The notes: generated by a model not told the origin, from the letters alone. A DNA stretch of 64,000 bases from Candidatus Krumholzibacteriia bacterium (GCA_041484665.1 JBGPIA010000002.1:256001-320000), one strand, 5' to 3'. Positions 37,114 through 47,711 are shown, counted from the first letter of the stretch. A program made the numbers and translations.

Positions 37114-38266
37114 GGGCGGCTCCTGGACCGGCGGCAGCCGCGCCGGCCGAGGGCGCACCCGACGCGCTGCGGGTCGCGCTCGCAAGCACCGCGTGCAGCG
37201 CGGCGCGGACCTCTTCGGGCAGCAGCGTCCGCAGACACGTCAGGTGCACGCACTCGTGCAGATGGCAGGGGCGGCAGGGCACCGGCTGCACCACCACACG
37301 GTACGGCCCGAAGCGTTCGTGGGGAAACCAGATGTCGGGCTCGGTCGCACCGAATACACCGACCGCCGGCACGCCCAGCCCTACGGCGCAGTGCAACACG
37401 CCGCCGTCGTTGCCCACGTACGCGGCGCTGGCGGCCAGCAGCGCCAGCAGCGTCCGCAGCGGGAGGGGGTCGAGCACGCGCAACGGCGCCGAGCACAGCG
37501 CCGCAACCCTGGCCGCCAGCCCCGGCTCGGCCGGGGCGCCGACCACCCAGAGCGGACCGATGCGGTCGTGCGCCAAGAGCGCCGCCAATTGCGCCCAGCG
37601 CTGCGGCGGCCACGCCGTGCTCTGCCACGTGCTGCCGGGATGCAGCAACACCGGCCGCGTGGCTGGATTCAGGCCCAAGGTGGCCTCGGCCGCCGCGCGT
37701 TGGTCCGCGGCGACCGCAATGCGGACCGGGCCCGCCGCCACCTCGCCCAGCAGCGGCACGAGCTTGTCGAGGTGGTGGCGCACCGCGGAGCGGTCCCCGG
37801 CGGGATGGCTGCGGCGATGGTGATACACGATGCTGCGCAGCCCGCGCGCGGGACCTACCGCGACGCGCGGCCGGCACAGCGCCGTGAGCACCGCGCTGCG
37901 CGGGTTACCCAACAGGTCGATCCACCAATCAACGCGTGGCCGCCACAGGCGGCGTACCAGCTGCGCCGTGGCGCGCCAGCCGGCGCCTTCGGGCAGCAGA
38001 TGGAGGCGATCGAGGTCGGGGTGATGCTCGAGAGCCGGGCCGTAGGGGGCGAGCGTCAGGTACTCCAGCGACGCCTGGGGCAGCGCTTCGCGCAGCGTGC
38101 GCAACAGCGGCGTGGTGAGCACGACGTCGCCCAGGAACTTCAGCCGCGTCACGAGCACGCGCCGGACGTCGTCTGCGAGCACGCCCACTCGCAGGTCGTG
38201 TGCGCCTGGTGCGCCAGTGGCGTCTTGCTCCACCGCGCCGGCGTCGCGCGGGGCAGGGATGCTCAC
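37106..38266 (-). CDS. GT9 heptosyltransferase family
   Basis: FLGDVVLTTP, HPGS, GNDGGVLHCA, CRPC. Confidence 0.9.
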   Translation of the reverse strand: MSIPAPRDAGAVEQDATGAPGAHDLRVGVLADDVRRVLVTRLKFLGDVVLTTPLLRTLREALPQASLEYLTLAPYGPALEHHPDLDRLHLLPEGAGWRATAQLVRRLWRPRVDWWIDLLGNPRSAVLTALCRPRVAVGPARGLRSIVYHHRRSHPAGDRSAVRHHLDKLVPLLGEVAAGPVRIAVAADQRAAAEATLGLNPATRPVLLHPGSTWQSTAWPPQRWAQLAALLAHDRIGPLWVVGAPAEPGLAARVAALCSAPLRVLDPLPLRTLLALLAASAAYVGNDGGVLHCAVGLGVPAVGVFGATEPDIWFPHERFGPYRVVVQPVPCRPCHLHECVHLTCLRTLLPEEVRAALHAVLASATRSASGAPSAGAAAAGPGAAHD

Positions 38267-38736
38267 GGTTCCGCGGGACGGAAATGGCGCGTCGAGCGCG
38301 TCTTGGGATCACCGACGATCGCCAGCTCCCCGCCGTAGGCCAGCACCGTCGCGCGCTCGGGGATCGTCGCTGGCGTGTAATCGGTGCCCTTGGCAAAGAT
38401 GTGGGGGCGCAGCTGGCCGAGCACGCGGTCCATGGTGAGATCCTCGACGATCACGATCCAGTCCACCACGGAGAGCGCCGCGAGCACCTCCGCCCGCTCG
38501 CGCGCCGGGAAGTAGGGACGGCCCTCCCCCTTCAGCCCGCGCACGGAAGCATCGGAGTTGAGCCCCACGACCAGCCGGTCACCCAGCTCCCGCGCCGCGC
38601 GCAGAGAGCGCACGTGCCCCACGTGCAACAGGTCGAAGCAGCCACTGGTGAAGATGACCCGCTGCCCGGCGGCACGGGAGCGGGCGATGCGCCGCTGCAG
38701 CTCGTCCTCGCCCAGCAGCTTGCGCGCCGCGCGCAT
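38263..38736 (-). CDS. rfaE2: D-glycero-beta-D-manno-heptose 1-phosphate adenylyltransferase (RfaE domain II, stand-alone)
   Basis: GCFDLLHVGH, GLNSDASVRGLKGEGRP, KGTDY. Confidence 0.9.
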   Translation of the reverse strand: MRAARKLLGEDELQRRIARSRAAGQRVIFTSGCFDLLHVGHVRSLRAARELGDRLVVGLNSDASVRGLKGEGRPYFPARERAEVLAALSVVDWIVIVEDLTMDRVLGQLRPHIFAKGTDYTPATIPERATVLAYGGELAIVGDPKTRSTRHFRPAEP

Positions 38737-40028
38737 CACGCGCCCGCGCCCTCTTGCACGGGGGTCGCCGCCTCGGCCAGTACGCCCATGGCCGCGCGGG
38801 CCAGCGCGTCCCACGACAGACGGGCCCGCACGTAGGCACGGCCGCGCTCGCCGATGCCCGGCAGGAGCTCGCGGTGCTCGATCGCCCAGGCGATCCGCGC
38901 AGCTAGGGACGCGGGATCCTCCGCACTCGCAAGCAACACGTTATCCAGGTCGGCAAGCCCGGCGGGCAGGCCGGGCCCGGTCGTCGTCAGTGCCGGCGCG
39001 GCGTGATGCAAGGCGCTCCAGAAGCTGGTGTTCTTGCCGCAGAGGCCCTCGCGGAATGGGAAGACTGCCAGATCGCACGCCAGCAGACCCTCGCTCACCT
39101 GCTCGTGGGGCAGATAGCCCGGCCGCGTGAGCAGCGGCGCCAGCCGCAGCGTCTCGATCTCGGCCTCGACACGCTCCGCGTAGGCACGCAGCCGTCCAGG
39201 CGCGTCGGTGTGCAGCCCGGCGGCCAGCGTCAGGTGCGCCGCGCGCCCCTGCCCGCGCAGCAGCGCCAGGGCGCGCAGCAGAGACTCCAGCCCCTTGGCG
39301 GGATTGAGGAACCCGAAGTAGAAGAGCTGCAGCGGCCCTGCGCCGCGCGCCCGGCGTGGCGCCGCTGGCGCGCTGATGCCCGGGCCGGCCTCGATCGTGC
39401 GCACCCGCTCACCCAGATGGAAGCGCTGCTGCAGGCGCTGCTGATCCTGTGTGTTGGTGGCGATGCAGCGTGCGCTGCCACGGGCCAGACGCACCAGCGG
39501 AGCTGCGACGCCCGGCCAGGCGTGGGGCTCTTGCAGGTTGTGGAAGGTCGTCACTGCCGGAACGCCCAGCGGCGCGGCCAGCGCCGCCAGCTCGCACACC
39601 GCGGGGTGCAGCGCGTAGTCCTCGGCATGGTACTGGACGTTGAGCACGTGCGGGCGCACCGCCCGCAGCGTCGCCGCCACCAGGGGTAGCGCGTCCCAGC
39701 TCCAGCGCTCCACTGCACGCGCCAGCAGCACTCCGGCCGGATCGGGCGTGAACACCGGGGGCTCGGCTGACTGGAGCGCCGGCGGCGGCCCTATCCCAGT
39801 CTCCGGGGACAGGAGCTCGTGCTGGTGCTGCGGCCCGGCGGCACGCCCCGAGAGCACGAAGACCTGTGCGCCCAGCGTGACGAGCTCCGCCGCCAGACGG
39901 CTCACGTATTCGCCTACGCCACAGCGTGTGGGCGGATAGGTGGCCGATACCATCAGCACGCGCAACGGTTGTGCTGGACCCCCCGGAGCAGCCCCGCGGG
40001 TGACGGGCTCGTCGCGATCGCCGGACAT
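38736..40028 (-). CDS. Glycosyltransferase family 4
   Basis: YPPTRCGVGEY, FGFLNPAKG, DLAVFPF. Confidence 0.85.
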   Translation of the reverse strand: MSGDRDEPVTRGAAPGGPAQPLRVLMVSATYPPTRCGVGEYVSRLAAELVTLGAQVFVLSGRAAGPQHQHELLSPETGIGPPPALQSAEPPVFTPDPAGVLLARAVERWSWDALPLVAATLRAVRPHVLNVQYHAEDYALHPAVCELAALAAPLGVPAVTTFHNLQEPHAWPGVAAPLVRLARGSARCIATNTQDQQRLQQRFHLGERVRTIEAGPGISAPAAPRRARGAGPLQLFYFGFLNPAKGLESLLRALALLRGQGRAAHLTLAAGLHTDAPGRLRAYAERVEAEIETLRLAPLLTRPGYLPHEQVSEGLLACDLAVFPFREGLCGKNTSFWSALHHAAPALTTTGPGLPAGLADLDNVLLASAEDPASLAARIAWAIEHRELLPGIGERGRAYVRARLSWDALARAAMGVLAEAATPVQEGAGA

Positions 40029-40038
40029 GGGCGCTAGG

Positions 40039-40653
40039 CTAGCAGCCCGCACCGCTTCCCGCGAGCCCCAGGCGCGATCGCAGCCACGGCACGGCCGCGG
40101 CCAGATCGAGCGCCACGTGGTCGGGACCCAACGGAGGGCCCGGCGGAAGCCCTGGCGCGATGCGCGCGCCGTTGCCGGTGAGCACCAGCACGGCCAATGC
40201 GCCGATCGCCCGCGCCAGGCCCAGGTCGGACTCCTTATCCCCCACCACCGCCGCAGGCAGGCCGGCCAGCCCCAGCTCCGCCTGGGCCTGCTCCACCAGC
40301 CCCGCGCCCGGCTTGCGGCACCGACACGGCGGTGCACCGGGCGGCAGCAGCTCGGCCGGCAGGTGGGGGCAGACGTAGACGCCATCCAGCCCCGCTCCGG
40401 CGACCACGAGCTGGCGCGCAAGCTCGGCGTGGATGCTGTCCACATCCTCGCGCGTCATCCGGCCGCGCGCGATGCCGCTCTGATTGGTGACGAGAACCAC
40501 CGCCGCGCCGTCGCGGCGCAGCGCGCCGATCGCCTCGGCCGCTCCGGGCAGCAACACCAGGCGCGCAGGATCGGCCAGATAGCCCGGGTCGTCCACGAGC
40601 GTCCCGTCGCGGTCCAGCCAGACCACGGCCCTCGCGCTGGATAGCCCGCTCAC
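40039..40653 (-). CDS. gmhB: D,D-heptose 1,7-bisphosphate phosphatase
   Basis: DRDGTL, VTNQSGIARG, CPH...CRCRKP, VGDKESD. Confidence 0.9.
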   Translation of the reverse strand: MSGLSSARAVVWLDRDGTLVDDPGYLADPARLVLLPGAAEAIGALRRDGAAVVLVTNQSGIARGRMTREDVDSIHAELARQLVVAGAGLDGVYVCPHLPAELLPPGAPPCRCRKPGAGLVEQAQAELGLAGLPAAVVGDKESDLGLARAIGALAVLVLTGNGARIAPGLPPGPPLGPDHVALDLAAAVPWLRSRLGLAGSGAGC

Positions 40654-41702
40654 GCGAAGCTCCCCCCGCCCGCACCTGCCGGGCGCGCGTGCGCGGCCAG
40701 CAGCGCCTCGACAGCCTCGACCGCGCTCGAGGCCGGAAGCTGCTCGAGGCAGGGCAATCCGATGGGACAGCGGGAGCGGAAACACGGGGCGCACGGCACC
40801 GGATGCGGCCCGCAGCTGGACGCCGCGCGGCCGCGCGGCGCGGTCCACGCTGGCGACGTCGAGCCGAAGACGCCGACTGTCGGGACCGAGAGCGCCGCGG
40901 CCAGGTGCATCGGCCCGCTGTCGTTGCCCAGGAACGCTGCCGCTTCCGCCAACAGCGCCGCGAGCGTCGGCAGGTCGGTGCGTCCGGCCACCGAGATCCC
41001 CCCGCAGCCCTCCGCCACGCGCGCGCACAGCGCACGCTCCTGCGCGTCGGGGCCACCGACAACCACCGCCGTCAGGCCGTGGCGCCCGCACAGCTCGCGA
41101 GCGGCCGCAGCGTAGCGCGCTTCGCCCCAGCGCTTCGTCGGCCCGTACGTCGCGCCGGGGGACAGCGCGAGGAAGCTCCCCGCGGACGGGAGCGCGGGCA
41201 GCGCGGCACGCAGCGCGCGCAGGCCGGCGCGCCCTGCAGGACCGGGCGACGCGTGCGGCAGCGCCTCGCCAGCGCGCACGAGCCCGTCCGCACGCGCCAG
41301 CGACAGCCACGCGTCGGCCAGATGGACCGAGCGCGGCGGCCGCGGCCGGAGTTCGGTGAGCAGCCAGCGGCGACCGTCGCCGGGATGGCCCCGGCGCCGT
41401 GGCACGCGTGCGACCGCGGCCAGCGCGGCGGCGCGCAGGCTGGGCGGGAAGATCACCGCGAGCGAGGCGTGTTGCGCCCGCAATCGCCGGCCGGCGCGCA
41501 GGAGCCCGGGCAACCCAGCGTCGTTGCCCTGGCGGTCGAACGCCTCCGTCGCGTCCACCGCCTGCAGGTCCGCCAGCAACGCCAGCAGCGCCGGGTGCCC
41601 GACTGCCGCCACCTGCCCGTCGCGCCGCAACTCGGCGAGCGCCGGCAGGCAGAGGGCGACGTCACCGAGCCAGTTCGGGATCAGGGCGAGGATGGGCGGC
41701 AT
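40650..41702 (-). CDS. waaF: Lipopolysaccharide heptosyltransferase II
   Basis: PNWLGD, PGATYGPTKRW, GNDSGPMHLAAA, CAPCF. Confidence 0.88.
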   Translation of the reverse strand: MPPILALIPNWLGDVALCLPALAELRRDGQVAAVGHPALLALLADLQAVDATEAFDRQGNDAGLPGLLRAGRRLRAQHASLAVIFPPSLRAAALAAVARVPRRRGHPGDGRRWLLTELRPRPPRSVHLADAWLSLARADGLVRAGEALPHASPGPAGRAGLRALRAALPALPSAGSFLALSPGATYGPTKRWGEARYAAAARELCGRHGLTAVVVGGPDAQERALCARVAEGCGGISVAGRTDLPTLAALLAEAAAFLGNDSGPMHLAAALSVPTVGVFGSTSPAWTAPRGRAASSCGPHPVPCAPCFRSRCPIGLPCLEQLPASSAVEAVEALLAAHARPAGAGGGSFA

Positions 41703-43602
41703 CGGCGGGCTCGGTGGCGAATTGCAGGTCGTGCAGCCGGCGGTACGCGCCGCCGCGGCGCAGCAGCTCCTCGTGGGTACCGGTCTCGACGATGCGGCCG
41801 CGGTCGAGGACGACGATGCGATCGCAGCGCGTCACCGTGGACAGCCGGTGGGCGATGACCAACGTCGTGCGGCCGCGCATGAGGCGCTCCATGGCTTCCT
41901 GCACGGCACGCTCGCTCTCGGAGTCCAGGCTGCTGGTGGCTTCGTCGAAGATCAGGATCGGCGGGTCCTTCAGGATGGCGCGGGCGATGGCCACGCGCTG
42001 GCGCTGCCCCCCGGAGAGCTGCGTGCCGCGCTCGCCCACCACGCTTTGGTAGCCGTGGGGCATGGCCGCGATGAACTCGTGGGCGTTGGCCGCGCGCGCG
42101 GCCTGCTCGATGCGCTCGGCGGAAGCGTCCGGCGAGCCGTAGGTGATGTTCGCCTCCACGCTATCGTGGAACAGGATCACCTCCTGGGTCACCATGCCGA
42201 TCATGCGGCGCAGGTTCGACAGCGGGATGTCCTGCACGTCCACGCCGTCGATGGTGATCCGGCCGAGTGTGGGCGTGTAGAAGCGTGGGATCAGATCCAC
42301 CAGCGTGGACTTGCCCGCGCCCGAAGCCCCCACCAGCGCCACGGCCTCTCCGCGCCGTACCGTCAGATCGATGTCCCGCAGCACCGGCTCGCCGGCGCGG
42401 TAGGCGAAGCCCACGCGCTCGAAGCGGAGCGCCTCGCGCAGGTCGCAGACATCGGTACGGGTCTCGCCGCCCTCGGACTCCTTGGGGGTGTCCAGCACCT
42501 CGAACACCCGGCGCGCAGCCGCCAGGCTCTGCTGCAGGGTGCTGTTCACCTTGATCAGGTTCTTGATCGGCGCGATCACCCACAGCATCACGCCCAGGAA
42601 CATGAACAGCAGGTCCGGCCGCAGGCGCTGCTGGAGCACCAGCTGGCCTCCGAAGCCCACGATCACCACCGCTGTGGCCACACCGAGCACCTCGCTCACC
42701 GGGCTGCTGAGGGCCTCCACCACCTTGAGCTTCACGAACGCGCGGAAGTAGCGCTGGTTGCGTCCATCGAACCGCCGCGCCTCGGCGGCCTCGGCGCCGA
42801 ACGCCTTCACGATGCGCACCCCGCTGATGGTCTCTTGTAGCACGGCGGCGAGCTGTCCCATCTCCTCCTGGGCGCGGTGGCTGCCTTTGCGCAGCTTGCG
42901 GCTGATGGCGGCGACCAGCAAGACGTTGGGAGGCACGATCAAGAGCGTCGACAGGGCCAGCGGCCAACTCACCAGGAGGACGATCGTCACGGCCAACAGC
43001 ACCATGATCGTCTGGCTCACGATGCGCGTGGCCCCACCCACGATCGCACCGCGCATCATGTCCACGTCGACCACCACCCGGCTCATCAGGTAGCCCGTCC
43101 GCTCCTTCGAGAAGAAGCCCAGCGGCAGGGCCTGGATCGCCAGGTACAACCGCGCGCGGATGTCGCGGATCGCGCGGTGCTCGAGGTCGGCCAGCAGTGC
43201 CGCCTCGGCGAAATCGAACAGGTTCTTGAGGAAGTAGAGCAGCAGCATCCAGCTGCACAGGCGGGTCAGCATCTCCATCTTGGTGCCATGGTAGAGACGC
43301 TGGTGCAGCCACTGCGAGGCAGTGGCGCGCACGCGCTCCACGGACTCCGGCAGCGGGATCCCGCTGCGCGGCGCCGCCGCCGCGACGCCGCTGGGTTGCC
43401 CCGCCGCGCCGCCGGGGCTGGGCGGCGACTGGACCTCGGTCACGCGCGCCGGGTCCTCCTCGAACATGATGCGCAGCAAGGGCGAGATGAAGGTGATCCC
43501 GACGCTGGCCAGCGACGAGGCGAGCACGACGCAGATGACCAGCAGAGCGGTGCGGCGCCGGTAGGGGCGCAGGAAGGCCAGCAATCGCAGATAGTCGCGC
43601 AT
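41662..43602 (-). CDS. msbA: MsbA-like lipid A-core flippase ABC transporter
   Basis: TMD plus [25 protein letters not shown]; heads the LPS core operon. Confidence 0.8.
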   Translation of the reverse strand: MRDYLRLLAFLRPYRRRTALLVICVVLASSLASVGITFISPLLRIMFEEDPARVTEVQSPPSPGGAAGQPSGVAAAAPRSGIPLPESVERVRATASQWLHQRLYHGTKMEMLTRLCSWMLLLYFLKNLFDFAEAALLADLEHRAIRDIRARLYLAIQALPLGFFSKERTGYLMSRVVVDVDMMRGAIVGGATRIVSQTIMVLLAVTIVLLVSWPLALSTLLIVPPNVLLVAAISRKLRKGSHRAQEEMGQLAAVLQETISGVRIVKAFGAEAAEARRFDGRNQRYFRAFVKLKVVEALSSPVSEVLGVATAVVIVGFGGQLVLQQRLRPDLLFMFLGVMLWVIAPIKNLIKVNSTLQQSLAAARRVFEVLDTPKESEGGETRTDVCDLREALRFERVGFAYRAGEPVLRDIDLTVRRGEAVALVGASGAGKSTLVDLIPRFYTPTLGRITIDGVDVQDIPLSNLRRMIGMVTQEVILFHDSVEANITYGSPDASAERIEQAARAANAHEFIAAMPHGYQSVVGERGTQLSGGQRQRVAIARAILKDPPILIFDEATSSLDSESERAVQEAMERLMRGRTTLVIAHRLSTVTRCDRIVVLDRGRIVETGTHEELLRRGGAYRRLHDLQFATEPADAAHPRPDPELAR

Positions 43603-43712
43603 TTTCGCAGTCTAACGCCGCCCCAGGGCCGGGGCCAGGGTCCGCGCCGCCGCCTCCGCCAGCGCTGCCGTGCTCTAAGGCGGCGCGGCGTCCGCGCGCG
43701 GCACCGCGCGGA

Positions 43713-44771
43713 TCAGCGCAGGAGGGCCTGCACCGACCCCAGGACGAGTGGCAGGCTCACCTGCTCGCCCTGCGCGCACTGGAGCACAGCGAGCCGGGGG
43801 CTTTGCGCCGGCATCCAGCCCGCCTCGTCCGCGGGCGTGAAGATGCCCAGCGTGCGCACGCCCAGGGCGGCCGCGAAGTGGAACAGGTCGGTGTTGCCCG
43901 CGACCAGCAGGTCGCACTGGGCCAGCAGCAGGATGGTCTCGTGCAGGGTCGGCCGCGGCAGATCGAGCTGGCCGCCGCGCAGCAGCGTCGCGAACGCCGC
44001 CTGGCGGGCGGCGTCGCGGTCGGCGGTGAGGACGATCAGCTTGCTGCGCACATGGCCGGCGACGTGGTTGGCCACGAGAGCGAGATTCTCCACCGACAGC
44101 ACCGCGCCCGACTTGGCCACGCCCGGGTCCACGCCGATGAACAGGTCTTCCTTGCGCGGCTTGTTGAAGTGCACGAGCTGCGCCGCCTGGCGCAGGCGCG
44201 CCTCGGGCAGCGGCCAGCGCAACGGCACGCCGTCCAGCGGCACGCCCAGCAAGCGACCCCAGGTCCCGGTGCGTTGGCTGGGATAGGCCCCGTTCTCCGC
44301 GCAACGCACCGCGCAATTGATGCGCGGGTATCCGCCCTCGTGGTTGGGGCCCAGCCGCAGCTGTGCGCCGCTGCGGTAGGCCAGCGTCTCGCGCGCAAGG
44401 TCCTCACCGTGCGCCAGCAGGACCGCGACGTCCCAGGGCTGCTCCTCCAGAGCCTTCACCACCGCCAGGAACGGCTTCCCGTGCGGTTTGAGCTGGTGCT
44501 CCTCGTAGACGATCAACTCGTGGAAGCGCGCGCACGACAGCGCCAGGTGGCTGGCCGCCTCCTCGCATACCAATCCGACGCGGGTCTGGGGAAAGCGCCG
44601 GCGGATCTCCTCCACCAGCGGCATCGCGAAGAGCAGATCGGTCAGGTCCCCGGAGTCCACGAACAGCACGCGCAAGCCGTCGTGCAGCGCGCCGGGCAAC
44701 GTGAAGCAGTCTCGCTGTTGGGGACCCGAGGCGAGGCGTCCGAGGATGCGGTCCAGAATGGAAGCGGTCAT
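43713..44771 (-). CDS. GT9-family protein with divergent motifs
   Basis: GDLTDLLFAMP and GNTDLFHFAAALG replace the usual xGD and NDSGxxH. Confidence 0.7.
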   Translation of the reverse strand: MTASILDRILGRLASGPQQRDCFTLPGALHDGLRVLFVDSGDLTDLLFAMPLVEEIRRRFPQTRVGLVCEEAASHLALSCARFHELIVYEEHQLKPHGKPFLAVVKALEEQPWDVAVLLAHGEDLARETLAYRSGAQLRLGPNHEGGYPRINCAVRCAENGAYPSQRTGTWGRLLGVPLDGVPLRWPLPEARLRQAAQLVHFNKPRKEDLFIGVDPGVAKSGAVLSVENLALVANHVAGHVRSKLIVLTADRDAARQAAFATLLRGGQLDLPRPTLHETILLLAQCDLLVAGNTDLFHFAAALGVRTLGIFTPADEAGWMPAQSPRLAVLQCAQGEQVSLPLVLGSVQALLR

Positions 44772-44803
44772 CGTCTGCGCGGGGTCTACGCGTGGGTGAC
44801 GGG

Positions 44804-44832
44804 ACCCTAGCAGCGCACCCCACCTCTGTCAA
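44804..44832 (-). promoter_or_regulatory. Sigma-70 promoter upstream of the divergent GT9
   Basis: TTGACA-N17-TAGGGT with TGn extension. Confidence 0.6.
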
Positions 44833-44899
44833 AGGGTCAACGCATCGGATTCCAAGCGGTTACCCCGGCCGGCTCGGGTGCCCGGCCCGGGGACGGCCC

Positions 44900-45070
44900 T
44901 CAGTCTGCAGGGCGCGACGGCGGCGCCAGGCCACACGCGTACAGCCATAGGTGGACCGCCAGGCCCTGCGGCAATGGCCACCCTCTGCGCCGGGCGTCGT
45001 CCAGCAGCCGCTGCCGGAACGCGACGCCCAGCAGCCAGGTCAGACGGGCCACCAGAAGCCCTCGCTCCAT
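44900..45070 (-). CDS. Putative 56-aa small protein
   Basis: AGGAGG SD 6 nt before ATG 45070; MERGLLVARLTWLLGVAF... Confidence 0.45.
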   Translation of the reverse strand: MERGLLVARLTWLLGVAFRQRLLDDARRRGWPLPQGLAVHLWLYACGLAPPSRPAD

Positions 45071-45134
45071 GCTCGTCCTCCTGAAACCACGGCGACTGGC
45101 AGCCACCGCTGCCTGTAGCCCACACCGCCTGCAG

Positions 45135-45214
45135 CCGACCCGGCCCGCAGCCGGCACGGCCCGCCCCCGGCATGGCCCGCCGCCGGCACGGCCCGCCCCC
45201 GGCACGGCCCGCAG
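45135..45214. repeat. Five tandem 16-bp repeats
   Basis: Consensus CCGGCACGGCCCGCMS at 45135, 45151, 45167, 45183, 45199. Confidence 0.85.
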
Positions 45215-45269
45215 CCTGGGGTGCGCCCCGACATTCCCCCGGTAGCAAGAAGTGTCCCCGTCCGGGGCC

Positions 45270-47711
45270 CTACGTCCGCTGCTCGACCGTCTCCTCCTCG
45301 CGACGGATCGCCCGCTCCGACGGCTCCACGGCGCGCCGGAAGTCCCGCGTGAGGGCGGTATCCCAGACCTCCTCGACGCGGTCCACCAGGTGGAACTCGA
45401 TGTCCTGCGAGACCTCCTCGGGGAGGTCCTCGAGGTCGCGTTCGTTGGCCCGGGGCATGATTACATCGGTCATCCCCACCCGGTGGGCGGCCAGAACCTT
45501 CTCCTTCAGCCCCCCGATCGGCAGCACCTCTCCAGTCAGGGAGACCTCGCCGGTCATGGCGACGCGGTTCCGTACGGGGATCTTGCGGTACAGCGACATC
45601 AGCGCCGAAGCCAGCGCGATCCCGGCGCTAGGCCCGTCCTTGGGAACGGCTCCCGAGGGCAGGTGGATGTGCACGTCATGGCTGCGGAACCAGGCGCCGT
45701 CCCGGTTGGTCGTGGCGTAGCGGCTGCGCAGATAGCTCAGGGCGGCCTGCGCCGACTCCTGCATCACGCTGCCCAGCTGACCGGTGAGCCGCAAGGCCCC
45801 CTGCCCCGGCATCGCCACGGCCTCCACGAACAGGATGCGCCCCCCGACCGCGGTCCACGCCAGGCCGGCGGCGACACCGACCATCGGGCGGGCCTTCCGC
45901 TCGTCCTCGGAGAACTCCGGCGAGCCGAGAAACTCCTCGAGGTTTCGCACGGAAAGCCTTATCCGCTTTCGTTTTCCGGACGCGACTCCCCTGGCCACCT
46001 TGCGGCAGATGGTGCCCACGGTCCGCTCGAGCTGACGGACACCAGACTCGCCGGTGTAGTCCACGATGATGCTGTCCAGCGCCGCGTCGGAAATGCGGAG
46101 CTGGCCCGCGGCCAGGCCATTCTCCTGCAGTTGGCGCGGAACGAGATAGCGCTTGGCGATCTGCAATTTCTCCAGGCGCGTGTAGCCGGCGATCTGGATG
46201 ACCTCCATGCGGTCCAGCAGCGGCCGCGGGATGGAGTGCAGGACATTGGCCGTGGTGATGAACAGCGCGTTGGAGAGGTCGAACGGCATGTTCAGGTAGT
46301 GGTCGGTGAACGTGTTGTTCTGCGCCGGATCGAGCACCTCCAGCAGCGCGCTCGCCGGGTCGCCCCGGAAGTCCTGCCCGAGCTTGTCGATCTCGTCGAG
46401 CATGATCAGGGGGTTGTTGGTGCCGGTGGTCTTGATCCCGTGCAGGATGCGCCCGGGCATCGCCCCGACGTAGGTGCGGCGGTGGCCCCGGATCTCCGCT
46501 TCGTCGCGCATGCCGCCCAGGCTCAGGCGATAGAACTTGCGCCCCATGGCCTCGGCGATGGACTTGCCCAGGCTGGTCTTGCCGACCCCGGGCGGCCCCA
46601 CCAGACAGAGGATGGGTCCGCGCATGTTGCTCTTGAGCTTCTTCACGGCGAGGTATTCGAGAATGCGCTCCTTGACGTCGTCGAGCCCGTAGTGGTCGCG
46701 GTTGAGGATCTCCTCGGCGTGCTTGAGGTTGAGATTGTCCTCGCTGCTCACGCACCAGGGCAGCTCCAGCACCCAGTCCAGGTAGGTCTTGCTGACGGTG
46801 TACTCGCTGGCGCCGGGGCTCATACGACTGAGCCGGTCGTACTCCTTGAGGGCAACCTCGCGCACGTCGTCGGGGAGGTCGGTGGCCTCGATCTTGGCCT
46901 TCAGCTCGTCGAGCTCGACCGAGTTCTGGTCGGTGTCGCCCAGCTCGCGCTGGATCGCCTTGAGCTGCTGGCGCAGGTAGTACTCACGCTGGTCCTTGTC
47001 GATGGCCTTGCGCACCCGGCTCTGGAGTTTCTGCCCCAGCTCGACCACCTCCAGCTCGCGCAGCACGACCTTGCTGAGGTACTCGAGGCGGTCCCGCGGG
47101 TTGAGCAGCTCCAGGGCCTTCTGCTTCTCCGCCACTTCGATGTCTAGGTTCATGGCCACGATGTCGGCGAGCCTGCCTGGCTCGTCGATGTTCATGGCCA
47201 CGACCTTCAGCTCGTCGGAGAGGCTCTCGGAGGAGTCGACGATCTTGATGAAGTTGTTTGCGACGCCCCGCATGTAGGCGATGGTCTTGTTGTCCTTTGC
47301 CTCCTCCTCCTGGAGCACTTTGACCTTCGCCACCAGGTACGGGTCGGTGCGGACATACTTGGTGCGGCGGATGCGCGCGATCCCCTGTCCCAGCAGCCGC
47401 ATGCTCCCGTCGGGGAAGCGCAGCATCTTCTGGATGACGACCGCGGTGCCGACCTCGTAGATGTCGTCGCCGGTCGCCTCCCGCTCGGCTTGCTTGGCGT
47501 CGTCCCCCTCCACCACCGGGCGCTGCGCGAAGGTGCCCAGAACCTTGCTCTCGGCCAAAACGTCATCGGCTAGCTTGATCAGGTTGGCATCGGTCAGCGA
47601 CAGCGGAACCATCATGAACGGGAAGATCACCGCGTCGCTGATGGGGAGGATCGCCAGGCTGTCGGGAACCTGCCCCACTTCCAGCGTGCTCGTCGTCTGC
47701 TGGGTCGCCAC
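45270..47711 (-). CDS. lon: ATP-dependent protease La
   Basis: GPPGVGKTS, RGHRRTYVGAMPG, KDGPSAG, GGLKEK. Confidence 0.97.
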   Translation of the reverse strand: MATQQTTSTLEVGQVPDSLAILPISDAVIFPFMMVPLSLTDANLIKLADDVLAESKVLGTFAQRPVVEGDDAKQAEREATGDDIYEVGTAVVIQKMLRFPDGSMRLLGQGIARIRRTKYVRTDPYLVAKVKVLQEEEAKDNKTIAYMRGVANNFIKIVDSSESLSDELKVVAMNIDEPGRLADIVAMNLDIEVAEKQKALELLNPRDRLEYLSKVVLRELEVVELGQKLQSRVRKAIDKDQREYYLRQQLKAIQRELGDTDQNSVELDELKAKIEATDLPDDVREVALKEYDRLSRMSPGASEYTVSKTYLDWVLELPWCVSSEDNLNLKHAEEILNRDHYGLDDVKERILEYLAVKKLKSNMRGPILCLVGPPGVGKTSLGKSIAEAMGRKFYRLSLGGMRDEAEIRGHRRTYVGAMPGRILHGIKTTGTNNPLIMLDEIDKLGQDFRGDPASALLEVLDPAQNNTFTDHYLNMPFDLSNALFITTANVLHSIPRPLLDRMEVIQIAGYTRLEKLQIAKRYLVPRQLQENGLAAGQLRISDAALDSIIVDYTGESGVRQLERTVGTICRKVARGVASGKRKRIRLSVRNLEEFLGSPEFSEDERKARPMVGVAAGLAWTAVGGRILFVEAVAMPGQGALRLTGQLGSVMQESAQAALSYLRSRYATTNRDGAWFRSHDVHIHLPSGAVPKDGPSAGIALASALMSLYRKIPVRNRVAMTGEVSLTGEVLPIGGLKEKVLAAHRVGMTDVIMPRANERDLEDLPEEVSQDIEFHLVDRVEEVWDTALTRDFRRAVEPSERAIRREEETVEQRT

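Noticed and set aside
45135..45214. Possible CRISPR array
   Set aside because: 16-bp units are contiguous with no spacers, and there are no cas genes
45252..47147. Long plus-strand ORFs antisense to lon and other genes (e.g. 28498..30423, 50470..52686, 60193..62079)
   Set aside because: Antisense shadows expected from GC-rich codon bias; no recognisable motifs
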